From: Haloferax volcanii DS2
Lineage (GTDB): Archaea > Halobacteriota > Halobacteria > Halobacteriales > Haloferacaceae
NCBI RefSeq assembly: GCF_000025685.1
Contig: NC_013967.1
Location: 2,610,001-2,642,000 of the forward strand
DNA length: 32,000 nt
Direction: 5' to 3'
Part shown: positions 18,039-26,788 of the stretch, in pieces
How the letters are laid out: each line of letters begins with the position of its first letter
Numbering within the stretch: position 1 is the first letter of the stretch
Made by a program: the position numbers and the translations under genes
Notes under the pieces: generated by a model
The model's input: the letters and a program-made list of their open reading frames with translations, nothing else
What the model was told of the DNA's origin: nothing
The model's database searches: none

Positions 18039-18734
18039 TTAGTTTCCGGACCCGCGGGACGAGGCCCGCTCTTGGACCTCCCGTTCGATGGCGTCGCGCT
18101 CCCAGGTGCGCGTCTCGTCGCCCTCGACTTCGGCCTGAACCTTCTCTTCGAGCAGCGTGACGGCGACGCTGTTTGCCCCTTCGGGGATGATGAGGTCGGC
18201 GTGTTTCTTCGTCGGTTCGATGAACTGCTCGTGCATCGGCTTGACCGTCGAGAGGTACTGGTCGATGACCCCCTGGAGGTCGCGTCCGCGGTCAATGGCG
18301 TCGCGCTGGATGCGCCGGAGGATGCGAACGTCGGCGTCGGTCTCGACGTAGAGCCGAAGGTCGAGCATCTCGTTTACGTCCTCGTCGTAGAGCGCGAGAA
18401 TCCCTTCGAGAATGATGACGTCAGTCGGCTCGACGGTCTCACGCTCGGACTTTCGGTTGTGAATCTCGAAGTCGTACTGCGGCATCTCGACCGCCCGTCC
18501 CTCCATGAGCTCCGAGAGCTGTTCGTACAGCAGGTCCCACTCGAACGCGGAGGGGTGGTCGTAGTTCACCTGCTCGCGTTCGGCCATATCGAGGTGACTC
18601 TGGTCTTTGTAGTAGTTGTCAATCGGAATCCGGGTCACGGACTCACCGACGTTCTCCGTGATGAGTCGAGCCACGGTCGTCTTTCCGGCACCGCTGCCCC
18701 CGGCGATACCGATGACGAACGACGGGATGGTCAT
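18039..18734 (-). CDS. udk: Uridine kinase
   Basis: IGIAGGSGAGKTT P-loop, IPIDNYYKD, NYDHPSAFEWDLL, VIILEGILAL. The start is at MTIPSF (cat at 18732-34). Confidence 0.9.
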   Translation of the reverse strand: MTIPSFVIGIAGGSGAGKTTVARLITENVGESVTRIPIDNYYKDQSHLDMAEREQVNYDHPSAFEWDLLYEQLSELMEGRAVEMPQYDFEIHNRKSERETVEPTDVIILEGILALYDEDVNEMLDLRLYVETDADVRILRRIQRDAIDRGRDLQGVIDQYLSTVKPMHEQFIEPTKKHADLIIPEGANSVAVTLLEEKVQAEVEGDETRTWERDAIEREVQERASSRGSGN

Positions 18735-18888
18735 TGTCCCAAAGACGCCCGCGAACGGGTTTGAACGCAGCGGTTCGCCGGCTTCGACTGACGAGTATAT
18801 AAAACACATTGACAGGCAGTTTCACACAACCGATTCTCGCACCGCCGTCGGTCGCAATTATCGTGGCTTTTCAAACTCGGGAAGTAAG

Positions 18889-18896
18889 TTTTATAG
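18889..18896 (+). promoter_or_regulatory. TATA box (TTTTATAG) for the leaderless SBP gene
   Basis: It lies 25-32 nt upstream of the ATG at 18921. Confidence 0.5.
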
Positions 18897-18920
18897 GTGG
18901 GAGTTGCCATTGGCTTTCAC

Positions 18921-20234
18921 ATGGTACGTGATATCGTACGCCGCGACTTCCTCAAGGGAGTGGGAGCCGCGGGCGCGGCAGGCTTGACTGGCTTATCCGG
19001 ATGCATCGGTGGCGGCGGCGGTGGCGGCGGTCCCGAGGGGCTCGTCGTCATCGGCTACCCCGAAAGTGGTATTCAACTGTTCCGTGACTACTACAGCGCG
19101 TCCGACGGGAGCGAGGAGATACTCGTGCCCGACGGAATGCGCTCCGGGTCGATGCCCGGACAGGTCGGCAACGACATGGCGAACGTGACCGGGACAGCAC
19201 CCGCCGCGGGCGGTCCGAACCAAGACACGTTCAACCAACTGTTCGAAGACGAGTACGGCGCGGCCCCGGGCGTCTTCACGTCGCAGACCTACGACTCGGT
19301 CGCGATTCAACTGCTCTCGAACGCCGCCGCCGGGGAGAACTCCGGCCCGGCCATCAAAGACCAGATGCGCCGGATGGCGAACCCCGATGGAATGACCGTC
19401 GGACCGGACAACCTCGTCGAGGGCATCGAGGCCGCCGCGAACGGTGAAGACATCGACTACCAGGGCGCGTCCTCGTCCGTCAACTTCGACGAGAACGGCG
19501 ACCCGGCGGAAGCCGCGTACTCCATCTGGGAGTTCGACGCCGAGAACAACGCCACGTCGAGCGTCGAGACGCAGTCGTTCGCCGGCGAGAACTCCGACGG
19601 GGACGGCCCGTCCGCGGACAGCGGTCCGGGAGGTTCCGACCGCGAGATGTCGGTCGGCATCCTGCTGCCCGAAACCGGCGACCTCGCTGCCGTCGGTGCG
19701 CCGATGATTCAGGCCGCACAGATTCCTGTCATGCAGGTCAACGACGCCAACCCGGCCGGGCTCTCCGTCAACGCCCAAATCGAAGACACCCAAACGTCCC
19801 CGAGCTCCGGTGTCTCCGCCGCGCAGTCGCTCGTCTCCGCGGGTGTTCCGTCCGTCTGTGGGTCCGCGTCGTCCGGCGTGAACGTCCCCGTCTCGAAGCA
19901 GGCGTTCATCCCGAACGAAATCGTCGGTTGCTCGCCGTCCTCAACGGCTCTGTCCGTCTCGAACCTCGAAGACAACGACTTCATCTTCCGAACTGCACCG
20001 TCCGACTTCCTGCAGGGCCGCGTCATGGCACAGGTCATGGCCGAGCGCCTCGAAGTCAGTTCGGTCTCGACGCTGTACGTCAACAACGACTACGGCCAGC
20101 AGCTCTCGGAGCGCTTCTCGAACGTGTTCAGCGACTCGTTCGACGGCGAAGTGTACAACCAGGTCGCGTTCAACATCGGCGAGTCGTCGTACTCCTCCGT
20201 CATCGAGACGGCGCTCTCCGGCCCGGACAACTGA
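18921..20234 (+). CDS. LivJ-type (branched-chain amino acid family) ABC substrate-binding lipoprotein, apparently circularly permuted
   Basis: Tat motif RRDFLKG, lipobox LSGC and a Gly8 tether. The segment LVVIGYPESGIQLF...YSIWEF aligns with the C-terminal half of LivJ. The segment MSVGILLPETGDLAAVGAPMIQAAQ...GESSYSSVIETALSGPDN aligns with the N-terminal half. Confidence 0.85.
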   Translation: MVRDIVRRDFLKGVGAAGAAGLTGLSGCIGGGGGGGGPEGLVVIGYPESGIQLFRDYYSASDGSEEILVPDGMRSGSMPGQVGNDMANVTGTAPAAGGPNQDTFNQLFEDEYGAAPGVFTSQTYDSVAIQLLSNAAAGENSGPAIKDQMRRMANPDGMTVGPDNLVEGIEAAANGEDIDYQGASSSVNFDENGDPAEAAYSIWEFDAENNATSSVETQSFAGENSDGDGPSADSGPGGSDREMSVGILLPETGDLAAVGAPMIQAAQIPVMQVNDANPAGLSVNAQIEDTQTSPSSGVSAAQSLVSAGVPSVCGSASSGVNVPVSKQAFIPNEIVGCSPSSTALSVSNLEDNDFIFRTAPSDFLQGRVMAQVMAERLEVSSVSTLYVNNDYGQQLSERFSNVFSDSFDGEVYNQVAFNIGESSYSSVIETALSGPDN

Positions 20235-20255
20235 GACCGACTCGACAGACCCGAC

Positions 20256-20263
20256 TTTTCTTT
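20256..20263 (+). terminator. Oligo-T terminator (TTTTCTTT) after the SBP gene
   Basis: A T-run lies 22 nt downstream of the stop. Confidence 0.5.
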
Positions 20264-20353
20264 CGTCGCCGCCGACGCGAGCGGTTGCGCTCGACTGCCG
20301 CACACGACTCCCCGACACAAGACACTCACACGACCGCTGACAGATGTGAGTCG

Positions 20354-21314
20354 ATGAAGCGCCGCGCCCTCCTCTCGACGGTCGCCGGTTCGGCCCTCGG
20401 GCTCGCTGCCGGCTGTCTCAGCGACTTGGACGAACCGGTTGAGACCCCCGTGAACCCACAGACGACGATGGCGACGACCGACCCGCCGACCGAGACGAAC
20501 ACGTCGGAACCGGACTCCAGCATCGGCCTCTCGGTCGTCAACGAGGACGACAAGTCGCACACGCTGTCGGTCCGTGTGACCGGCGGCGACGAGACGCGTT
20601 TCGTCGGGTCGCTCGACATCGGAGCGGGTCCCGGCCGCGGGCGGAGCGTCGAGAACGACCTCGTCGGTGAGAGAACTGTCCGCGTCGTCGCAGAACTCGA
20701 AGCGGGTGCGACGCTCGACTACGAGTGGACGGTCACCGACGAGACGCGCCATCTCGAACTCGTCGTCACGTCCGACGCGGACCTCGAACCGCGACAACGC
20801 GTGCGGCCGGCTCTCGACGCTGCCGATCTCCCGTACACCGTCACGGGTGCGAAAGACATCTTCGCACCGCCGAGCGCGACGATTCGGAATCGGAGCGACG
20901 CCGACGCTCGGCTCACCGTCGCCATCGACCACGACGGAAGCCGCGTTTTCGAACGCGCCTTCGACGCGGCGACCGACCGCGAGATTTCGACGCCGGCGCT
21001 CGTGGCGTCCCACGGGACCTACGAGGTGTCGTGGAGGCCGAAGACGGCCGCACCGCGACCCACGAGTGGGACATCTCGGAGAAGTGGGGCTGGCCGACGC
21101 TCGCGGTGCTCGTCGCGGCAGACGGCTCGCTTCGGGTCGGGTCTGGCTGGCCCAAGACGGCCTCGGTTCACGTCGAAAACGAGGGCGAGGCGGAGCGCGA
21201 CCTGACGTGACGCTGACGCTCGTTCGACCCGCTGACGCGGACGCCGCTAGTGACGACGCCGGCGGTGGAGATGGCGACCTCTCGGTCGAGTCATTCGAGT
21301 ACGTCTGCAGTTGA
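20354..21314 (+). pseudogene. Secreted lipoprotein gene (beta-rich, hypothetical) with one clear and one probable -1 frame disruption
   Basis: Signal and lipobox MKRRALLSTVAGSALGLAAGC. The acidic high-GC3 reading runs to ..SHGTYEV at about 21028 and then continues one frame back (VVEAEDGRTATHEWDISEKWGWPTLAVL...ENEGEAERDLT, stop at 21210). A further shift near 21205 would extend it (VTLTLVRPADADAASDD...SFEYVCS, stop at 21314). Confidence 0.55.
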
Positions 21315-21320
21315 TTGCCC

Positions 21321-21325
21321 AAAAA
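21321..21325 (-). terminator. Oligo-T terminator (CTCTTTTTGGG) after livF
   Basis: A T5 run on the minus strand lies about 23 nt downstream of the livF stop. Confidence 0.5.
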
Positions 21326-21347
21326 GAGCGTGGACCGCCGAGACGGG

Positions 21348-22109
21348 CTAGCCGCCGAGGAAGTCCTGCCGGACCTGTTCGTCTTCGAGGAGCGCGGTAC
21401 CGGTGTCCATGTAGCGGTTCTGTCCGTTGGCTAAGACGTAACCACGGTCGCAGCGTCGGAGCGCTTCCTTCGCGTTCTGTTCGACCATCAGGACGGCCGT
21501 GCCGGCCTCGTTAATCTCGTCGATTTTGTCGAACATCTCCTCGACGAGGTCGGGCGCGAGCCCCGCCGAGGGTTCGTCGAGAAGCAGCAAGTCGGGGTCG
21601 AGCATGAGCGCGCGACCCATCGCGAGCATCTGCTGTTGCCCGCCGGACATCGTGCCCGCCTTCTGGTCTTTCCGCTCTCTGAGGATGGGGAACCGCTCGT
21701 AGACCGCCTCCATGGCGTCCTGCGGCACCTCGTCGAGGATGTACGCGCCCATCTCGAGGTTCTCTTCGACCGTCAGCGTCGGGAAGATGTTGTCGTTCTG
21801 CGGGACGTAACCGATGCCGACGTGGATGATGTCCTCGGGTCGACGCCCGGTGATGTCCCCGTCTTTGAACCGGACAGTCCCACCCATGTGGGCGGTCAGG
21901 CCGAAGACGGACTTCATCGTCGTGGACTTGCCGGCCCCGTTCGGGCCGACGATGGTGACGTACTCGCCGTCGAACACGTCCATGTCGACGTCGGTGAGAA
22001 TCTGGAGGTCGCCGTAGCCGGCGTCGAGGTCGCGGACGCGCAGGAGCACGTCGTCGCGCCCTTCGACGCCCGCGCCGCTCGTCGCGTCGGTGTTGGCGTC
22101 GACGCTCAT
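21348..22109 (-). CDS. livF: ABC transporter ATP-binding protein, LivF type
   Basis: GPNGAGKSTT Walker A, the LSGGQQQML signature, LLLDEPS Walker B, and the LivF-type YVPQNDNIFPTLTVEENL. Confidence 0.9.
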   Translation of the reverse strand: MSVDANTDATSGAGVEGRDDVLLRVRDLDAGYGDLQILTDVDMDVFDGEYVTIVGPNGAGKSTTMKSVFGLTAHMGGTVRFKDGDITGRRPEDIIHVGIGYVPQNDNIFPTLTVEENLEMGAYILDEVPQDAMEAVYERFPILRERKDQKAGTMSGGQQQMLAMGRALMLDPDLLLLDEPSAGLAPDLVEEMFDKIDEINEAGTAVLMVEQNAKEALRRCDRGYVLANGQNRYMDTGTALLEDEQVRQDFLGG

Positions 22110-22978
22110 ACGTTGCCTCCGAGGTAGGCCTCGATGACCTCTTCGTTGCTCCGAATCTCGTCCGGCGTCCCCTCCGTGAGCACCGAGCCCTGGTGGAGGA
22201 CGATGACGTGTTCACAGTTGTTCATGATGAGGTCCATGTCGTGTTCGACGAGCAGGAACGTGTAGCCCTGCTCGCGGAGTTCGTGTACGTGTTCGAGCAG
22301 TTTCTTCTCGAGCGTGGGGTTGACCCCGGCGAACGGCTCGTCCAAGAGCAGCATGTCGGGGTCGGTCAGGAGGGCCCGCGCCATCTCGAGGAGTTTGCGC
22401 TGCCCGCCGGAGAGATTGCCCGCGTACTCCTCTGCGATGTGGGCGATGTCGAAGAAGTCGAGCACCTCCCAGACGCGTTCGAGGAGTTCCGCTTCCTGTT
22501 CGCGGACGTCGTCGCGGACGCCCGGCATGACCGAGCGCCACAGCGCCTCGCCGCGCTGGTGTTTCGGCGCGAGCATCATGTTTTCGAGGACGGTCATCTC
22601 GCTCAGTTCGCGGGCGATTTGGAACGTTCGGACCATCCCGCGGTTGGCGATTTGGTGGGGTTCCTCGCCGGTGATGTCCTCGCCGTTGAACGTGACCGTG
22701 CCGGCGTCGGGCTTGAGCATGCCCGTGATGAGGTTGAACGTCGTCGACTTCCCGGCCCCGTTCGGGCCGATGAGCCCCGTGAGCGTCCCGGACTCGACCT
22801 CGAAGGTCGCGCCGTCGACGGCGGTGATGCCGCCGAAGGACTTCTCCAGTCCCTCGACCTGAAGCGGGTAGTCGACCGACGTGTCGACGCCGGAGGCGAA
22901 CGCGCCGAGCGCGGCCTCGTCGACCTTGTTCGCCACGTCTTCGACGGGCTGGTCGGCGGCGTCACTCATCGGTCTCAC
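22106..22978 (-). CDS. livG: ABC transporter ATP-binding protein, LivG type
   Basis: GPNGAGKSTTFNLITG, LSGGQRKLLEMARAL, LLLDEPFAG, and the C-terminal LivG extension. ATGA-type overlap with livF. Confidence 0.9.
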   Translation of the reverse strand: MRPMSDAADQPVEDVANKVDEAALGAFASGVDTSVDYPLQVEGLEKSFGGITAVDGATFEVESGTLTGLIGPNGAGKSTTFNLITGMLKPDAGTVTFNGEDITGEEPHQIANRGMVRTFQIARELSEMTVLENMMLAPKHQRGEALWRSVMPGVRDDVREQEAELLERVWEVLDFFDIAHIAEEYAGNLSGGQRKLLEMARALLTDPDMLLLDEPFAGVNPTLEKKLLEHVHELREQGYTFLLVEHDMDLIMNNCEHVIVLHQGSVLTEGTPDEIRSNEEVIEAYLGGNV

Positions 22979-24299
22979 CTCCTTCGGCCGCGGCGTCGAC
23001 GCCGCCGTCCGCGGCCATCGACTTCGGCCGCGACAGCGGGATGACGGACGCGGTCTCCTTGCGGTAGCCGAGCATCCCCTCCGGCCGGTTGTGCATCAGC
23101 CAGATGAGCACGAGGCCCATCACGACCAACTGGAGCTGTCGGATGCTGTCGACCGTGTACAGGAGGAACGGCACGGGGTCGAACTGCGAGATGAGCGGCG
23201 AGATGGCCTGTCCGAAGCCGGACGGCGAGTCGAAGTTGGGGAACACCGCCGACACGAGGTTCTGGAAGTACCGCGGTCCCTGGTAGAGCACCGCCGCGAA
23301 GACGGCCCCACCGAGGACGCTCCCCGTGTTCGAACCGGCCCCGCCGATGATGAGCGCGATCCAAATGAAGAACGTCACGCGCGGCCGGAAGAAGTTCGGC
23401 GTCACCGCGCCCTGTGGAACGAGCCAGAGGATGCCGGCGAGCCCCATGAGCGCACAGCCGAGCATGAACGACTTGATTTTGAACCGGTCGGTGTTCTTGC
23501 CGAGGGCGTTCGCGACGTCCTCGTCCTCGCGGATGGCCTTCAGCACGCGACCGAACGGCGATTCGCCGGTGCGCTTGAGCAGCCAGTAGAAGCCCGCGAC
23601 GAACCCGAGGAGCAACAGCCCGTAGACGAGACCGTCGACGACCGGCTTGGGGTTCCTCGGCACGAGGACTTGGAAGGCATCGACGAAGCCGAGGTATCCG
23701 TTCCAGAGGCCGACGCCACGAAGCAGCGCCTCCAGCGGCGGGGAGAAGTCGAGGATGAGACCCGACCCGCCGCCGAATCCGACGCGGTTACCGAACAGCT
23801 GGAACTGCTGGAGTTCCCCGGAGAGGAAGCTGAACCGGACGATTTCCGACATCGCGATGGTGACGATTGCGAGGTAGTCGGCCCGCAACCGAAGCGCCGG
23901 GAGCGCGACCACGAGTCCCAACAGCGCGGCCGCGGTCATGCCGGCGAGGATACCCACCCAAAGCGGCAGGCCGAGGCCGCCGACCTGCGCCGCGCCGCCG
24001 GCGACGTACGTCGGCTTCGTCACGATTGCCGTGACGTAGACGCCGACGGCCATGAAGCCGACGATGCCGATGTTGAACAGCCCGGTGTACCCCCAATGGA
24101 GGTTGAGCGCGAGCGACAGCATGGCGAAGACGCCGATGTAGAACGTCAGCGTCGCGATGGAGTTGAGTTGACCGCGGAGCGTGTATCCGAGAACGACCCC
24201 CGCGAGGACGTACGCGAGGTACGTCCCGAGGAGGACCAGTACGATGAGGCCCGCGTCGCCGCCCGGGATGCGGGCGGTGAAGTCGTCGCGGACGCTCAT
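22962..24299 (-). CDS. livM: Branched-chain amino acid ABC permease, LivM type
   Basis: The start is at MSVRDDF (cat at 24297-99), overlapping the livH stop. It is multi-TM with the LivM motif GYTGLFNIGIVGFMAVGVY. The listed 719-aa ORF is an off-frame upstream extension. Confidence 0.85.
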   Translation of the reverse strand: MSVRDDFTARIPGGDAGLIVLVLLGTYLAYVLAGVVLGYTLRGQLNSIATLTFYIGVFAMLSLALNLHWGYTGLFNIGIVGFMAVGVYVTAIVTKPTYVAGGAAQVGGLGLPLWVGILAGMTAAALLGLVVALPALRLRADYLAIVTIAMSEIVRFSFLSGELQQFQLFGNRVGFGGGSGLILDFSPPLEALLRGVGLWNGYLGFVDAFQVLVPRNPKPVVDGLVYGLLLLGFVAGFYWLLKRTGESPFGRVLKAIREDEDVANALGKNTDRFKIKSFMLGCALMGLAGILWLVPQGAVTPNFFRPRVTFFIWIALIIGGAGSNTGSVLGGAVFAAVLYQGPRYFQNLVSAVFPNFDSPSGFGQAISPLISQFDPVPFLLYTVDSIRQLQLVVMGLVLIWLMHNRPEGMLGYRKETASVIPLSRPKSMAADGGVDAAAEGGETDE

Positions 24300-25402
24300 G
24301 CGGTCGCCCTCCCGCTGAACAGCCCGGACGGTTTCACGAGGAGGATGACGATCATGACGACGAAGGCCGCGGCCCGCGAGAACGCCGAGGGAATCCACAG
24401 GACCGACATCGACGCCGTCAGTCCGATGACGAGGCCGCCGGCGATGGCCCCGTAGATGGAGCCGATGCCGCCGAGGATAACCGCGGCGAAGATGAGAAGC
24501 AACAGCAGCCACCCGTCGTTGAACCCGAGGGTCCCTTTCCAGAGGATGAACATGTAGCCCGCGACGCCGGTCAGCCCGCCGCCGATAATCCAGGTCGCGC
24601 GGACGACGCGCTCGGTCGAGATGCCGGTGATGAGCGCGAGGTCCTTGTTGTCGGCCATCGCGCGCATCGCCTTGCCGAGTTTCGTCCGCTGTAAGAGCAC
24701 GTGGACGCCGAGCATCAGCGCCGACGCGACCACGAGGAGCGTGATGTCGTGGGCGTTGATGAACACCGTGCCGTCGATGAAGTCCAGCGACAGCGAGGGC
24801 GGTTGGGCGGTCGTGCCGCGCACGTCGGAGCCGAAGACGAACTGCATCAGGTAGCGAAGCGCGAACGCGACGCCGACGCTCGTGATGAGAAGCGTGATAC
24901 CGTCCTCGTTTCGAATCGGTTTGAAAATGGTGCGGTCGACCGCGAGCGACAGCGCGATGGCGAAGCCGCCGGAGACGACGATACCGGCGACGACCGCGAG
25001 CGGCGTCGAGAGCATCCCGATGCCGAGCGTCCCGCCGTAGACCGACCCCCCGGCCCCGACGAGCAGGAGCGCGCCGATATCGGCGCGTCCCAACCCGGCG
25101 ATGAGGTACGTCGTCGCCCACCCCGAGAACGCCCCGGCCGTGATGTAGTCGCCGTGGGAGAAGTTAGCGAAGTTTAGAATGCTGTACGTCATCGACAACC
25201 CGATGCCCGCGAGGCCGATTACGAGCCCCCGCATCAGACCATCCCAGACGAGCGTGCCAATGTCGGCAAACTGCGTCTGCCCCGTTGCTAACCCGCGAAG
25301 TAAGTCACCGAGTAGTACGACTACGATGACCGCCAAGACGAGCGCGAACGGACGCTCGATGGCGAACCGCCTTCCACGGGAGTAGGTTTCGGCAATACCC
25401 AT
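24296..25402 (-). CDS. livH: Branched-chain amino acid ABC permease, LivH type
   Basis: 368-aa multi-TM protein with IGLSMTYSILNFANFSHGDY and KAMRAMADNKDLA motifs. Confidence 0.85.
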   Translation of the reverse strand: MGIAETYSRGRRFAIERPFALVLAVIVVVLLGDLLRGLATGQTQFADIGTLVWDGLMRGLVIGLAGIGLSMTYSILNFANFSHGDYITAGAFSGWATTYLIAGLGRADIGALLLVGAGGSVYGGTLGIGMLSTPLAVVAGIVVSGGFAIALSLAVDRTIFKPIRNEDGITLLITSVGVAFALRYLMQFVFGSDVRGTTAQPPSLSLDFIDGTVFINAHDITLLVVASALMLGVHVLLQRTKLGKAMRAMADNKDLALITGISTERVVRATWIIGGGLTGVAGYMFILWKGTLGFNDGWLLLLLIFAAVILGGIGSIYGAIAGGLVIGLTASMSVLWIPSAFSRAAAFVVMIVILLVKPSGLFSGRATA

Positions 25403-25531
25403 TGATAACTATCCTCATGATATGTGCGGACGATAAACATAGATAAATCTTTCTTCATCGGTCGTCTTTACTGACCCCGCTTGACACCCCGCAGGACCTC
25501 GATTACTCGAATTCGGTCCGAATCGTCGACA

Positions 25532-25539
25532 CTTAAAAG
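25532..25539 (+). promoter_or_regulatory. TATA-like box (CTTAAAAG) for leaderless GNAT gene
   Basis: It lies 24-31 nt upstream of the ATG at 25563. Confidence 0.45.
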
Positions 25540-25562
25540 CGGGTAGAGTCCCGACAGGGACC

Positions 25563-26099
25563 ATGCGCGTCAGTTCGGCGGCGTTTTCGGAGCTCGACGA
25601 CCTCGTCGAGCTGTGGGTCGAACTCGCCGCGGACCAGCGGGCGTCCGGCTCGCACCTCCGAGCCGAGGCCAACCGAACACCGATACGGGAGGCGCTGGCT
25701 CGACACGTCGCCGCCGACGGCGTCCTCGTCGCCCGCGAGGGCGATGTGAGCAATGGCGGCACGGAGGTCGGAAGCAGCGCAGAGGACGCGGACGCCGACG
25801 GCCTCGTCGGGTTCGTCATGTTCGACATCGAGGCGGGAGCGTACGAACAGGACGCGACTCGCGGAATGGTTCGGAATCTGTTCGTCCGCCCGGCGTACCG
25901 AGACGCCGGCGTCGGAACGCGGTTGCTGGCGGCGGCGGAGGACGCGCTGGCCGACGCCGGCGTCGACGCCGTCGCGTTGGACGTGCTGGCGGACAACGAG
26001 GCCGCCCGTCGATTCTACCGGCGACACGGCTACCGGCCCCACCGCGTCGAACTGGAGAAATCGATGCGAAGCGATACACACTCAAAGGAGGACGGGTAA
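25563..26099 (+). CDS. GNAT family N-acetyltransferase
   Basis: RNLFVRPAYRDAGVGTRLLAAAEDALADAG...ARRFYRRHGYR (acetyl-CoA binding motif A). Confidence 0.85.
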   Translation: MRVSSAAFSELDDLVELWVELAADQRASGSHLRAEANRTPIREALARHVAADGVLVAREGDVSNGGTEVGSSAEDADADGLVGFVMFDIEAGAYEQDATRGMVRNLFVRPAYRDAGVGTRLLAAAEDALADAGVDAVALDVLADNEAARRFYRRHGYRPHRVELEKSMRSDTHSKEDG

Positions 26100-26110
26100 T
26101 CGACAGACGC

Positions 26111-26184
26111 GCCAGGAGAGCATGGGCGGTTCATGCACTCGACTTGTAATCGAGACTTCGTGGGTTCAAATCCCACTCCTGGCT
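26111..26184 (+). tRNA. tRNA-Thr (anticodon UGU), with unusual G8/G14
   Basis: GCCAGGA-GA-GCAT-GGGCGGTTC-ATGC-A-CTCGA-CTTGTAA-TCGAG-ACTTC-GTGGG-TTCAAAT-CCCAC-TCCTGGC-T. All four stems are perfect, but positions 8 and 14 are G rather than U and A. Confidence 0.75.
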
Positions 26185-26220
26185 TCTCTCGCCGTTTCAC
26201 TCACGTTTTCCGGACCGTCG

Positions 26221-26640
26221 TCAGTTCCGTCGAGTGGGAGACCGAACCCGGATGAGGAGCAACGACCCCGGAACGCCGAGGACGAGCGCGCGGAACGGGT
26301 TATGCTTGATGATAACGTCAGGGTCGAGCGGCTCCGACTGGAGGTCGGTGATTCGGATACACGAGTAGTAGACCGTGACGTGGGTCAGCACGTACGCGAA
26401 CGCCGCGGGGACGACGGCCGGATACCGAATCCCGCCCATCGCCAGCCCCTCGAACGCGAGGGCCGTGAGCGCCGAGATGAAAAGCAGATTGCCCAGTTGG
26501 AGCGTGACGCCGGTCAGCGCCGTTATCGCGGTGTCGAACAGCGACGCGCCGTAGGGCGTGTACGTGAGCGCAGTGACGACTGCCACCGCTCCGAGAAAGA
26601 GCCCGGCGAACAACCCAGACAGCGCGTACACGAACTCCAT
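26221..26640 (-). CDS. Hypothetical multi-TM membrane protein
   Basis: The start is at MEFVYALSG (cat at 26638-40). 139 aa with about 4 hydrophobic helices. The 3' end overlaps an inverted T-arm-like fragment. Confidence 0.5.
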   Translation of the reverse strand: MEFVYALSGLFAGLFLGAVAVVTALTYTPYGASLFDTAITALTGVTLQLGNLLFISALTALAFEGLAMGGIRYPAVVPAAFAYVLTHVTVYYSCIRITDLQSEPLDPDVIIKHNPFRALVLGVPGSLLLIRVRSPTRRN

Positions 26641-26788
26641 TGGGGGGACCGTTAGGGGACCGACGGGTGCGAGGAATTTAGTTCTACCCCCCTCGTTATC
26701 GCGGCCGAAAATTAGACAACACCGCCGAGAGCGACGGGCCGCGGCGTCGAGACGGAATTTTATCTTTATCGGGAACGTCATGTTCGGT

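Noticed and set aside
19008-19031. GGY trinucleotide run (GGT GGC GGC GGC GGT GGC GGC GGT) considered as a microsatellite or contingency locus.
   Set aside because: It encodes the Gly8 tether directly after the lipobox cysteine. Slippage would stay in frame. It is more simply a flexible linker.
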